51,955 nucleotides of DNA. It comes from Tepidisphaeraceae bacterium (GTDB lineage Bacteria > Planctomycetota > Phycisphaerae > Tepidisphaerales > Tepidisphaeraceae). Within the stretch, counting starts at the first letter, position 1; each line of letters starts with the position of its first letter. The notes under the pieces were generated by a model. It was not told the origin of the DNA. It worked only from the letters and a program-made list of their open reading frames with translations, and searched no databases. Shown one piece after another: positions 1 through 9,702 of this stretch. Both the position numbers and the translations under genes were made by a program. Location: assembly GCA_049679725.1 (NCBI GenBank), contig JBAUGM010000160.1, positions 1 through 51,955 on the forward strand, given 5' to 3'.

Positions 1-1164
1 CGTCCGCGTGACGCTGGCTCGCATCGAACGCGGGGTATTCCGGATGGTTTTCTTCGACGCGGATCGGCTTGCGGATCAGCCGCTCGATCGCCTTGAGGTA
101 CGACCGCTCATCGCGATCGCAAAAGCTGACGGCCGTGCCGCTCGCGCCCGCCCGTGCCGTTCGGCCGATGCGGTGGACGTACGTCTCCGGCTCGTTACTC
201 AGGTCGAAGTTGATCACGTGCGAGATGTCGTCAATGTCGATCCCGCGCGCCGCGATGTCGCTGGCGATGAGCACCGGCGTCTTGCCCGTCTTGAAGTTGC
301 TCAGGGCGCGCTGCCGCGCGTTTTGGCTCTTGTTGCCGTGGATCGCTTCGGAGCTGATCCCGGCCTTGTGGAGCTGGCGGACGACGCGGTCGGCGCCGTG
401 CTTCGTGCGCGTGAAGACCAGCGCCCGCGAGAACGCTGAGTTGTTCAGCAGGTGCGCGAGCAGGTGCGGCTTGTTGCGCTTCTCGACGAAGTAGACCGAC
501 TGGTCGATCTTGTCCGCCGTCGAGGCGACGGGCGTCACGGTGACGCTTGCGGGATTGCGCAGGATCGAGTCGGCGAGCTGCCGGATGTCCTGCGGCATCG
601 TCGCGCTGAACAGCAGGTTCTGCCGCTTCGGCGGGAGCTTGGGGATGATCCGGCGGATGTCGTTGATGAACCCCATGTCGAGCATGCGGTCGGCTTCATC
701 CAGCACGAACACCTCGACGTGTCGCAGGTCGACGTGCCCCTGGTTCATCAGGTCGAGCAGCCGGCCGGGCGTGGCGACGACGATGTCCGTGCCGTTGCGC
801 AGCGACTGCACCTGGTGGTGCTGGCTCACGCCGCCGAAGATGACGGTGTGGCGCAGGCCCAGGTGCTGGCCGTAGGCGCGGAAGCTCTCGTCGATCTGCA
901 CGGCCAGTTCCCGCGTGGGCGAGAGGATCAGCGCGCGGATCGGTCGCTTCTGCCCGTTCGTCGGACCTTTCTGGGAGAACCGGTGCAGCATCGGCAGCGC
1001 GAACGCCGCCGTCTTGCCGGTTCCGGTCTGGGCGCATCCGAGCACGTCGCGGCCCTCCATGATGGGAGGGATCGCCTGCGCCTGGATGGGCGTGGGTTTC
1101 AGGTAGTTCTCGGCCGCAAGGGCGCGGAGGATCGGCTCGGCGAGCCGAAGGTCGGCAAACGTCA
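1..1164 (-). CDS. DEAD-box ATP-dependent RNA helicase (N-terminal ~388 codons; C-terminus runs off the left edge)
   Basis: Absent from the ORF track because it has no in-window stop. Reverse-strand reading from ATG at 1164 gives [60 protein letters not shown] (Q motif plus motif I). Further on it gives [16 protein letters not shown] (motif II, ~670-720) and [12 protein letters not shown] (motif VI, ~130-180). The plus-strand ORFs 8..439 and 452..1210 are antisense shadows. Confidence 0.9.
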
Positions 1165-1444
1165 TGTAACACTCACTCACTTTTCGGGTGACGGTGCGCA
1201 CCCGAAGTGACCAACGCGGCGTCATGCCGCGATAACAGGGTCCTTGAGGAGCGCTACAACTGAGGCTTCGTTTGGAACGAATTCAGGAGGAAATGCCGGG
1301 AAAATCAGGCAGAACCGCGTGAAGGCCGATGTCGGCAGCGGGCAGTTGTCTTCAATTACTATATCGGTACGCCGGCGGATGTACAGAAGATCGCCCGGCG
1401 GAATGTTTTCCCGCGGCACGTCCGCAGTACAGTGTGGGGCGACC

Positions 1445-2530
1445 ATGACGACTGTAGGCGTAGCCATCATCGGGGCGGGCCAGATCGCGCTGGCGAACCA
1501 CCTGCCGGGACTGAAACTGCTGCCGAACGCGAAGCTGGTTGCGTTATGCGACAGCGACGAGAAGACGTTGCGCCGCGCGTCCGAGCAGACGGGCGTGCGC
1601 GCGACGTTTGCCGACTACAACGAACTGCTGCGGCACGACGGCGTCGATGCCGTCGTCATCGCCACGCCCAACATCAACCACCCGCCCATCGCCATCGCCG
1701 CCGCCAAGGCCGGCAAGCACGTGATGTGCGAGAAGCCGTTGGCGCTGAACTTCGCCGATGCGATCGCGATGGTTCGCGCGGCGGAGGAGGCGAACGTTCG
1801 TCACATGACCGCGTTCACGTACCGCTTCGTCCCCGCCATGCGGTACATGAAACACCTGATCGATACCGGCGCAATCGGCACGCCGTTCCACTTCCGCGCC
1901 CAGCGCTTCCAGGACTGGGGCGAGCGGAACCTCGGCTGGCGGCAGGTCAAAAAGCTCGCGGGCAGCGGCGAGATGGGCGACATGCTCTCCCACCGCATCG
2001 ACTACGCCCATCTGCTGCTCGGCCCGATCAAGCGCCTCGTCGCCGACCTGAAGACCTTCATCCCCACGCGCGGCGGCAAGGAATCCGACGTTGACGACTG
2101 GGTCGCCATGCTCACCGACTTCGATCGCAGCGACGTCACCGGCGTCCTCGAAAGCACCAAGCTCGCCACCGGCCGAGGCGAAGGTCACCGCGGCCAGGAT
2201 GTCGTCGAGGTGAACGGCAGCGAAGGGTCGATCGTTTACTCGACGCAGAAGCCAATTGAGCTTCAGATCGGCAAGAAGGGCGACGCCGACCTGCGCCGCA
2301 TCGACGTGCCGCGAGATTTTCTGGTCTATCCGAAGTCCCCGCGCAAGCCGGGCGAAGGCGATCCGCTCGTCACGTTCCGCTACGACCAGACGGCGGAGTT
2401 CATCGACGCGATCGTCAACGAGAGGCCGTGCAGTCCGTCGTTCGTCGCCGGCGCCCGTGCGCAGGCGGTGATGGAGGCGGCGATCCACTCGGCGCGGGAG
2501 CGGTGTTGGGTTGACGTCTCACGGATTTAG
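1445..2530 (+). CDS. Gfo/Idh/MocA family NAD(P)-dependent oxidoreductase
   Basis: Track ORF 1244..2530. The likely start is the internal ATG at 1445 (MTTVGVAIIGAGQIALANHLP = Rossmann GxGxxG). EKPLA motif present (MCEKPLALN). The upstream 67 codons are low complexity. Confidence 0.85.
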   Translation: MTTVGVAIIGAGQIALANHLPGLKLLPNAKLVALCDSDEKTLRRASEQTGVRATFADYNELLRHDGVDAVVIATPNINHPPIAIAAAKAGKHVMCEKPLALNFADAIAMVRAAEEANVRHMTAFTYRFVPAMRYMKHLIDTGAIGTPFHFRAQRFQDWGERNLGWRQVKKLAGSGEMGDMLSHRIDYAHLLLGPIKRLVADLKTFIPTRGGKESDVDDWVAMLTDFDRSDVTGVLESTKLATGRGEGHRGQDVVEVNGSEGSIVYSTQKPIELQIGKKGDADLRRIDVPRDFLVYPKSPRKPGEGDPLVTFRYDQTAEFIDAIVNERPCSPSFVAGARAQAVMEAAIHSARERCWVDVSRI

Positions 2531-2538
2531 AGAAAGAA

Positions 2539-2620
2539 GGAGCCACAGAGAACACAGAGGACACGGAGAGAGGCGCAATTGGATGATTTCCTCTGTGTTC
2601 TCCGTGTGCTCTGTGGCTCC
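2539..2620. repeat. Complex intergenic inverted repeat (three complementary block pairs)
   Basis: Block A GGAGCCACAGAG (2539-2550) pairs with CTCTGTGGCTCC (2609-2620). Block B AACACAGAGG (2551-2560) pairs with CCTCTGTGTT (2590-2599). Block C ACACGGAGA (2561-2569) pairs with TCTCCGTGT (2599-2607). B and C occur in crossing order. Confidence 0.7.
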
Positions 2621-2642
2621 CATATTTCTCAGAAGGTGAAAC

Positions 2643-3353
2643 ATGGATCGCACGGCAGTGGTGACCGGCGGCAGCAGCGGCGTGGGCAGGGCGACGGCGT
2701 TGCGCCTCGTCAAAGAGGGCTGGCGCATCGCCATCGTCGGCACGCGCGCGGACGCGCTGGCGGAGACGATCAGGCTATCCGGAAAGCCCGATCAGATGCT
2801 CGCCTGCCCGTGCGACATTGGCGACGCCGATGCGGTGGCGGCGATGGCAAATCGCGTGACGGAGAAGTGGGGAGAAGTCGAACTCCTCGTCGCCGCGGCG
2901 GGGACGAACGTTCCAAACCGTAGTCTGGAAAAGCTCTCGCGCGACGATTACCGCAAGGTAGTCGATGCGAACCTCAATGGCGCGTACTTCTGCGTGGCGG
3001 CGTTCCTCCCCGACATGCGGAAGAACAAGCGCGGCACGATCGTCGTCGTCAACTCGCTCGCCGGGCTGCGGGCCAGCGGCCTGTCGGGCGTCTCCTACGT
3101 CATGTCGAAGTTCGGCGCCGCCGGCTTGGTCCAATCGATCAACGCCGAAGAGAACAAGCACGGCGTTCGCGCCACCAGCGTCTTCCCCGGCGACATCAAC
3201 ACGCCGCTGCTCGACAAGCGCCCCACCCCGCCGGCGAAGGAGCTGCGCGCCGCCATGCTCCAGCCGGACGACGTGACCGACTGCGTGATGTTGGCGGTGA
3301 ACCTGCCGGAGCGCGTGGTGGTGGAGGAAATCGTCGTGCGCCCGCGGGGGTGA
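2643..3353 (+). CDS. SDR family oxidoreductase
   Basis: 236 aa. N-terminal TGGSSGVGRA (TGxxxGxG) and the catalytic YxxxK (SYVMSKFGAAG). RBS-like GAAGGTGA lies upstream. Confidence 0.9.
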   Translation: MDRTAVVTGGSSGVGRATALRLVKEGWRIAIVGTRADALAETIRLSGKPDQMLACPCDIGDADAVAAMANRVTEKWGEVELLVAAAGTNVPNRSLEKLSRDDYRKVVDANLNGAYFCVAAFLPDMRKNKRGTIVVVNSLAGLRASGLSGVSYVMSKFGAAGLVQSINAEENKHGVRATSVFPGDINTPLLDKRPTPPAKELRAAMLQPDDVTDCVMLAVNLPERVVVEEIVVRPRG

Positions 3354-3360
3354 AGCGTGC

Positions 3361-3414
3361 TCACAAAATGTGATAATCCAGTTGACAGGGAAGGCCGATG
3401 ATCACAAAATGTGA
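3361..3414 (+). promoter_or_regulatory. Putative higBA promoter with two identical palindromic operators
   Basis: TCACAAAATGTGA occurs twice (3361-3373 and 3402-3414), and each copy is an inverted repeat TCACA/TGTGA. TTGACA lies at 3382-3387, followed by a 17-nt spacer and CAAAAT at 3405-3410 inside the second operator. GGAG at 3423-3426 precedes ATG 3430. Confidence 0.55.
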
Positions 3415-3429
3415 ACAGGGTCGGAGTCC

Positions 3430-3738
3430 ATGCAGGTAAGGTCCGTCGGTCGCCTTGACGAGTTCGTCCGGAAGCACGGCGATGCCGCGAGCTGGCTGCG
3501 AAGTTGGCTCGCCGCGTCTCTCAAGGCGGAGTGGCTGAATCTGCAGGACGTTCGCAAGACCTTCCCTCATGCCGATGGCGTGAAGGTCAAGAGCGGACGG
3601 ACGGTGACGGTCTTCAACGTCCGCGGAAACAAGCATCGCCTGATCGTGACGATCGATTACCCCACCGGTGTCGTCAACGTCCTCACCGTGTTGACGCATG
3701 CCGAGTACGACAAAGAGAAGTGGAAAGAGACGCTATGA
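3430..3738 (+). CDS. higB: Type II toxin HigB-family mRNA interferase
   Basis: 102 aa. The pattern ...FNVRGNKHRLIVTIDYPTGVVNVLTVLTHAEYDKEKW is typical of HigB-family toxins. Toxin-first order, with an ATGA overlap onto a downstream HTH antitoxin. Confidence 0.75.
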   Translation: MQVRSVGRLDEFVRKHGDAASWLRSWLAASLKAEWLNLQDVRKTFPHADGVKVKSGRTVTVFNVRGNKHRLIVTIDYPTGVVNVLTVLTHAEYDKEKWKETL

Positions 3739-4190
3739 CCAGGGTTGCTACTGCTGCTCGAAAGGTCCGGCCAGCGAGCGATGATTACCTCGCGCTCGTT
3801 GCAGAGCTGCCGATCCGCCCGATCGAAACGCCGGCGGAATACGCCGCCGCACAGTCGATCATGGACCGTTTGGTCGGGCGGCCGGACCTGACAGCCGGCC
3901 AGCAGGATTACATCGCAGCGCTTGCGCGGTTCATGGGCGACTACGAGCGGCTCAAGTTTCCACGGCTGTTTGTGCGGATGTCGCCCTTGGAAGCGCTCAA
4001 GTTCCTTATGGAAGAGAACGAGATGTCGACGACCGATCTGGGTTCCGTGGTCGGCAGCAGGGGGCTGGCTTCGGAGATCCTCAACGGCAAGCGTGGCATG
4101 AGCAAGGCGGTGATCGCCCGGTTGGCCAAGCGGTTCGCAGTCGAACCAGGCCTGTTCCTGAGCCCGAGGCCTGACGAGGAGTTCGGATGA
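3735..4190 (+). CDS. higA: HigA-family antitoxin (Cro/C1-type HTH)
   Basis: Start is the internal ATG at 3735 of track ORF 3504..4190, overlapping the higB stop. The C-terminal HTH is MSTTDLGSVVGSRGLASEILNGKRGMSKAVIARLAKRF. Confidence 0.75.
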   Translation: MTRVATAARKVRPASDDYLALVAELPIRPIETPAEYAAAQSIMDRLVGRPDLTAGQQDYIAALARFMGDYERLKFPRLFVRMSPLEALKFLMEENEMSTTDLGSVVGSRGLASEILNGKRGMSKAVIARLAKRFAVEPGLFLSPRPDEEFG

Positions 4191-4236
4191 TCAGGTGGGC
4201 AATTCTGCTGGCAAAGGGAACCAAGGACGATCCGGG

Positions 4237-4307
4237 GACTGCGTGATGCTGGCGGTGAACCTGCCGGATCGCGTGGTGGTGGAGGAGATCGTGGTGCGGC
4301 CGCGATG
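4237..4307 (+). pseudogene. Orphan duplicate of the last ~23 codons of the SDR gene at 2643..3353
   Basis: GACTGCGTGATGCTGGCGGTGAACCTGCCGGATCGCGTGGTGGTGGAGGAGATCGTGGTGCGGCCGCGATGA aligns with 3278-3353. It encodes DCVMLAVNLPDRVVVEEIVVRPR* versus DCVMLAVNLPERVVVEEIVVRPRG*. There is no upstream coding body. Confidence 0.8.
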
Positions 4308-4309
4308 AG

Positions 4310-4702
4310 TCAACCGGGAGTGAAGCTCCGAAACATCAGCTCGCCGGCGAACATGAGCAGAAGCCAAAGACACCCCAAGACAATCCCGCCGATGGCCATC
4401 GAGCGCGTGCGTGGCGTTCGACGTTGTCGAGAAGCCCTAGCAAGCGCCAATGTGCCGAGCACCATCGAGAGGACGGACGGAAGACGCACGATCCAAGTGA
4501 CAACGAGGTAGCGCCTCGGTCCGTAAAGCGCAAAGAGGTCGACGAGCAGGTCGTGCCAATCAACGGCGCCGATGATGCATGGACAGCCAACGATTCCGAG
4601 GCAAAGAGACGCGATTGCTAGTCGGCTCGTCGAGGGAGCCCCTTGGTCTGTCTGTGGCCGAGCGTACTCAAGGTCATGTCGCTGCATGCTTCTGGGCCGC
4701 AT
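4310..4702 (-). CDS. Small hydrophobic membrane protein (DUF4190-like by eye)
   Basis: 130 aa with two to three hydrophobic segments (LAIASLCLGIVGCPCIIGAV, MAIGGIVLGCLWLLLMFAG). Convergent with the SDR remnant, with only 2 nt between the stops. The start codon is uncertain. Confidence 0.45.
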   Translation of the reverse strand: MRPRSMQRHDLEYARPQTDQGAPSTSRLAIASLCLGIVGCPCIIGAVDWHDLLVDLFALYGPRRYLVVTWIVRLPSVLSMVLGTLALARASRQRRTPRTRSMAIGGIVLGCLWLLLMFAGELMFRSFTPG

Positions 4703-4766
4703 TCACCCTTGAGGTGCCAATCTGGCACTTCAAGTGATGTTCAACTTGAGGTCACAATCTGTGACT

Positions 4767-5672
<906 letters not shown>

Positions 5673-5764
5673 GGGGAATCGTCCTGTTATTCGTAAATGC
5701 GCGGGGGCGGAGCGTATAAGGGCGGCCGGGCAATTGCAATTTGCACGGCAGGGCAGGGGACTTC

Positions 5765-7249
5765 ATGACTGAACAACCCAAGCGACGCCGTATCAAGAAA
5801 CGATGGATTCTCCTCATCGTCGTGGTAGTTTTGGCGTTCGCCGCGATGGGCGCGCATTTGATCTGGACAGCAAGCGCGCGGCGGAAGCTTGACGCTCAGA
5901 TCGCCGAGTACAAATCCTTGGGGGAGCCGATCGAGCCCAACGACTTCGCCGGCTACGGGGTCGTTCCCGGCGAGAACGCCGTTCCCGACCTTCAAGCGGC
6001 CGCTCGATTGATCGATCGGACGACCCCCGCCTGGGACGCGTTCAAGGACGCCCAACTCTCGCCGCCATTTCCGCTGCGGCCGGACGAGATCCAGATGCTG
6101 CGTGCCCTGGTGGGCGAATCAAATCGCACGTTTCCGCTGGTGAAATCGGCGTCGAAATTGGCCGGAGTGGACTGGAAGCTTTCATTTCAGGGGCCGGTCA
6201 CGCAGATCGTATTTCAGGACTTCAACGGCTACCGCGATGTGACGAGCGTGCTCCATTGTGACGCGCTCCTGGCGCACGCGGAAGGCGATGACACCCGCGC
6301 CATCAAGCGCGCGAGCGAGTTGCTCTTCCTCTCTCGCGTGATGGGCAAGCAACCGACGTTCATGTCGAACCTCGTTTCCATTGCCATCGCCGCGATCGCG
6401 TCACAGGTGAGTGGGGAGGTGGGACCGGAGCTGCGCATCGGGACCTCGGCCGGTGAAGCGCCGCCGCAGCAGGTTCGGGATCTCATTGCACAACTCCTCG
6501 ATGAGACGCACACCGCCCAGTCCCAGCAGGACGGGCTGCTGGGCGAGCGGATGCTTCAGCTCACCATGGTCCGCTCCATGGCGGATGGAACGATTTCCGC
6601 CATGAACGGACAGCGGGCCGCCGGGCGGTCACTTAAGGGCTATGTCCTGACGCCCACGTTTCTCGACGACGCGCGGTTGCTGGTCGTGCACATCACGGCA
6701 TTGCGGCAAGCCGCCGCTGCGTCGCCGGATCTGCCGACGTTTCGGCAGCAGGCGCCGAAGGTCCCATCGTCGGTGCAGTCGCAGCGGTGGCGACACCTCG
6801 CGGCCAACCTGCTCATCTGGGGTGTGGATCGTGCAGTCGAAACGAACTACCGAGCGGTTGCGGACCGACGGCTCGCCGCCACGGCGCTGGCCGCGCGCAT
6901 GTATGCCGTCGATCATGGGGGCAAATTGCCACCATCCTTGGACGCGCTCGTTCCCGGCTACCTGCCCGAAGTCCCACGCGACCCGACCAGCGCCGGCCAA
7001 CCGCTTCACTACACCTCGGACGATCCCGATCCGCGCATCTGGACGCTCGGCGAAAACGGTCGCGACGACGGCGGGCGGGACATCGTGCCGACGGAGAGCG
7101 CCCGCTGGAACAAGGAGAACACCGACCGCGTCGTCCACCTGCGCCGCCAGCCGCGGCCCGAGCCTCCGGAGCCACTGGACGACGGCATCGGCGGGTATTC
7201 GACGGACCCCTCGATGGCGCCAGGCGCGACCGCGCCAGCATTGCCGTAG
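5765..7249 (+). CDS. Membrane-anchored hypothetical protein
   Basis: Track ORF 5741..7249 starts at TTG. ATG 5765 is preceded by AGGGGA. N-terminal KRRRIKKRWILLIVVVVLAFAAMGAHLIW is a signal anchor. The rest is a large soluble domain with no motif I recognise. Confidence 0.6.
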   Translation: MTEQPKRRRIKKRWILLIVVVVLAFAAMGAHLIWTASARRKLDAQIAEYKSLGEPIEPNDFAGYGVVPGENAVPDLQAAARLIDRTTPAWDAFKDAQLSPPFPLRPDEIQMLRALVGESNRTFPLVKSASKLAGVDWKLSFQGPVTQIVFQDFNGYRDVTSVLHCDALLAHAEGDDTRAIKRASELLFLSRVMGKQPTFMSNLVSIAIAAIASQVSGEVGPELRIGTSAGEAPPQQVRDLIAQLLDETHTAQSQQDGLLGERMLQLTMVRSMADGTISAMNGQRAAGRSLKGYVLTPTFLDDARLLVVHITALRQAAAASPDLPTFRQQAPKVPSSVQSQRWRHLAANLLIWGVDRAVETNYRAVADRRLAATALAARMYAVDHGGKLPPSLDALVPGYLPEVPRDPTSAGQPLHYTSDDPDPRIWTLGENGRDDGGRDIVPTESARWNKENTDRVVHLRRQPRPEPPEPLDDGIGGYSTDPSMAPGATAPALP

Positions 7250-7266
7250 GCGAGCGCATCAGAGCA

Positions 7267-7434
7267 TCACTCCGGCTTCGATCCGGGGGCGGTCCCGTTC
7301 GGCGAGAAGATCTGTTCCATCGTCTGCCCGAACACCCCCGCGATCTGGAACGCCAGCGCGGTAGGCTCGGGTCGTAGCGGCCCATCTCGATCGCGTTAAC
7401 CGCCCGCCGACTCAAATCGCTCAGCCTTCTCCAT
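7267..7434 (-). pseudogene. Decayed XRE-family (Cro/C1 HTH) regulator remnant
   Basis: Reverse-strand reading gives MEKAERFESAGG* in one frame, LSDLSRRAVNAIEMGRYDPSL in a second, and TALAFQIAGVFGQTMEQIFSPNGTAPGSKPE* in a third. Together these resemble a short XRE regulator (..SRQ.INAIE.G.YDPSL.LA..IA.VF....E.IF) broken by at least two frameshifts. Confidence 0.5.
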
Positions 7435-7488
7435 CCCGCCTCAAATGCTTACACAGAAGGGATTTAAAGAAAATATTAAATAATCGTC

Positions 7489-7517
7489 TTGACAATAGTC
7501 GTTTAAACAAATATATT
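7489..7517 (+). promoter_or_regulatory. Sigma-70-like promoter of the MarR gene
   Basis: TTGACA (7489-7494), exact 17-nt spacer, TATATT (7512-7517), in an AT-rich island. The spacer contains the palindrome GTTTAAAC. The coding start (GTG 7523 / ATG 7526) lies 6-9 nt after the -10, which suggests a leaderless or near-leaderless mRNA. Confidence 0.6.
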
Positions 7518-7522
7518 TACCC

Positions 7523-8011
7523 GTGATGGCTGGCAAGCTCCAACACGAGATCGGCAAGCGAAGGCCGTTCGACAGTCCGCACGAGGAAGCGTTCCTCAGC
7601 ATCATCCGGACTGCCGACGTGCTCTCGCGCGACGTCGCCGAGATGTTCAAGCCGTTCGCGCTCTCGTCCACGCAGTACAACGTGCTGCGCATCTTGCGCG
7701 GCACGTGCCCGTCGGGGACGCACGGACTGCCGTGCAGCGCGATCTCCGGTCAGATGCTGACGCGCGATCCGGACATGACGCGGTTGCTGGATCGCCTCGA
7801 GAAGCGCGGCCTGGTGAGCCGGGCGCGGGAAGAGGAGGATCGGCGCATCGTGCGGACTTGCATCACCGACAAGGGAATGAAGGTGCTCACGGAACTGGAC
7901 CCGCTCGTGAGCGAGTGCCATCGCAAGCACCTCGGCCATATGAGCCGGGTGCAGCTTCGGCAGCTCATCGAACTGCTGGAGGTCGCGCGGGAGAAGGTTG
8001 GATCGACGTAG
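7523..8011 (+). CDS. MarR family transcriptional regulator
   Basis: 162 aa. Winged-HTH pattern LSSTQYNVLRILRG...ISGQMLTRDPDMTRLLDRLEKRGLVSRAREEEDRRIVRTCITDKG. Confidence 0.88.
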   Translation: MMAGKLQHEIGKRRPFDSPHEEAFLSIIRTADVLSRDVAEMFKPFALSSTQYNVLRILRGTCPSGTHGLPCSAISGQMLTRDPDMTRLLDRLEKRGLVSRAREEEDRRIVRTCITDKGMKVLTELDPLVSECHRKHLGHMSRVQLRQLIELLEVAREKVGST

Positions 8012-8076
8012 CGATCGTTTTCATTTGTGTAGATATCTGTTGCAACGACTAACAGTTGAAGGAACAGGAGCAAGTC

Positions 8077-8775
8077 ATGATCAAGGTTATTCCGTCTGCG
8101 GATCGTCATCACGTTGACGCCGGCTGGCTCGACGCGCGCTGGCACTTCTCGTTCAGCGATTACCACGACGAGACCAACATGAACTGGGGCCCGCTGCGCG
8201 TCTTCAACGACGACGTGATCCAGGCGGGCGGCGGGTTCGGCATGCACCCGCATCGAGACATGGAGATCATCACCTACGTCCTCGAGGGCGAACTCGAGCA
8301 CAGCGACCACCTCGGCCACCGCGAAGTCCTTCGCCCGGGCGAGGTGCAGGTGATGAGCGCGGGCAAGGGGATCGTCCACGCGGAAGCGAATCCGTCGAAG
8401 ACGAGCCCGGTTCACCTGCTCCAGCTGTGGATCATGCCCCGCAAGCGCGGCGGCGAGCCGCGCTACGAACAGCGGCCGTTTGCGCCCGAAGCGCGGGTGA
8501 ACACGCTACTGCCGGTCGTGTCGAGCGGCGACGTCGCAAACACGATCGCCATCGACCAGGACGCGACCGTCTACGTCTCGTCCCTCCAGCCCGGCCAGCG
8601 CCTCACGCACTCGGCCAAGCCGAACCGTCACGCGTACCTGTTCGTGACCAAGGGCCAGGTCGTGGTGAACGGACAAGGCGTGAACGTGGGCGATCAGCTC
8701 CGCGCGAAGAATGAAACGGAGTTGAAGATCGACGCGCAGGGCGACGCGGAGTTGATCCTGCTGGATCTGCCGTAA
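8077..8775 (+). CDS. Pirin family protein (cupin)
   Basis: Track ORF 8056..8775 starts at TTG. ATG 8077 follows AGGAACAGGAG. Metal-binding cupin motif GFGMHPHRDMEIITYVLEGELEHSDHLG. Confidence 0.88.
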   Translation: MIKVIPSADRHHVDAGWLDARWHFSFSDYHDETNMNWGPLRVFNDDVIQAGGGFGMHPHRDMEIITYVLEGELEHSDHLGHREVLRPGEVQVMSAGKGIVHAEANPSKTSPVHLLQLWIMPRKRGGEPRYEQRPFAPEARVNTLLPVVSSGDVANTIAIDQDATVYVSSLQPGQRLTHSAKPNRHAYLFVTKGQVVVNGQGVNVGDQLRAKNETELKIDAQGDAELILLDLP

Positions 8776-8805
8776 CGGCAATTGGGGGATGACGCTTTAG
8801 AAGTC

Positions 8806-8877
8806 GTCATCCTGAGGTACTCCGAAGGATCTCGTGTGTCCGAGCGCCCGAGATCCTTCGGAGTACCTCAGGATGAC
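8806..8877. repeat. Long palindromic repeat element, copy 1 (29-bp arms)
   Basis: GTCATCCTGAGGTACTCCGAAGGATCTCG (8806-8834) and its exact reverse complement (8849-8877), separated by a 14-nt loop. Confidence 0.9.
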
Positions 8878-8899
8878 AAGTTTCAGGAAGGAACGACAA

Positions 8900-9637
8900 A
8901 TGGCTACGAATCAGGACAAGAAGGTCGCATTGGTGACGGGCGCGAACAAAGGCATCGGCCTCGAGACCGCCCGCCAGCTCGGCCAGCGCGGCTACCACGT
9001 GCTCATCGGCGCCCGCGACGCCGGTCGCGGGCAGGCGGCGGTGGACAAGCTGAAGGCCGAAGGCGCATCCGCCGAGTTCGTCAAGCTCGAAGTCACCAGC
9101 GACGTCGACCGCAAGGCGGTCGCGAAGCACATCGCGGAGAAACACGGCAAGCTCGACGTCCTCGTCAACAACGCCGCCATCGCCGTCGACGGCGAGAACA
9201 AGACCAGCGGCGTGCCCGATGACATCCTGCGGCAGACGTTCGACGCGAACTTCTTCTCCGTCGTCGCGCTCACGCAGGCGCTGCTCCCCAGCATCCGCAA
9301 GAGCGAGGCGGGGCGGATCGTGAACATGTCGAGCGCCCTGGGCTCGCTTGGCCTGCACAGCGACCCGAAGTGGCCGTTCTACGGAACGAACTGGCTCGCG
9401 TACGATGCCTCGAAGACGGCGATCAACGCGTTCACCGTCCACCTCGCGCACGAGCTGAAGGACACGCCGATCAAGGTCAACGCCGCCGACCCGGGTTGGG
9501 TGAAGACGGACATGGGCACGGACGCCGCGCCGCTGAACGTTACCCAAGGCGCCGAGACGCCGGTCGCGCTCGCCACGCTCCCCGCCGACGGCCCCACCGG
9601 CGGCTTCTTCAACCGCGGCGAAAGGCATCCGTGGTAG
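8900..9637 (+). CDS. SDR family oxidoreductase
   Basis: Start is ATG 8900, after AGGAAGGAA. MATNQDKKVALVTGANKGIGLE (TGxxxGxG), NNAAIAV, and AYDASKTA (YxxxK). Confidence 0.88.
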   Translation: MATNQDKKVALVTGANKGIGLETARQLGQRGYHVLIGARDAGRGQAAVDKLKAEGASAEFVKLEVTSDVDRKAVAKHIAEKHGKLDVLVNNAAIAVDGENKTSGVPDDILRQTFDANFFSVVALTQALLPSIRKSEAGRIVNMSSALGSLGLHSDPKWPFYGTNWLAYDASKTAINAFTVHLAHELKDTPIKVNAADPGWVKTDMGTDAAPLNVTQGAETPVALATLPADGPTGGFFNRGERHPW

Positions 9638-9702
9638 GGCATCTCGGCTGACTGGCGCGCTGCAAGCACGCCCGCAACCCGACGCGAACGTGCCGCACGC
9701 GC

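Noticed and set aside
8-1210. Plus-strand ORFs 8..439, 69..494, 452..1210 and minus ORF 696..1172 overlapping the left-edge region
   Set aside because: They are Arg/Ala/Pro-rich translations with no motifs. The minus-strand frame starting at 1164 reads as a textbook DEAD-box helicase across the same DNA, so these are high-GC shadow ORFs.
6813-7415. 200-aa minus ORF beginning MSRRAVNAIEMGRYDPSL
   Set aside because: Only the first ~20 codons resemble an XRE HTH. After a frameshift point the ORF runs antisense through the end of the 5765..7249 gene with an Arg/Ser/Pro-rich translation. I treat it as a pseudogene remnant (7267-7434), not a 200-aa protein.
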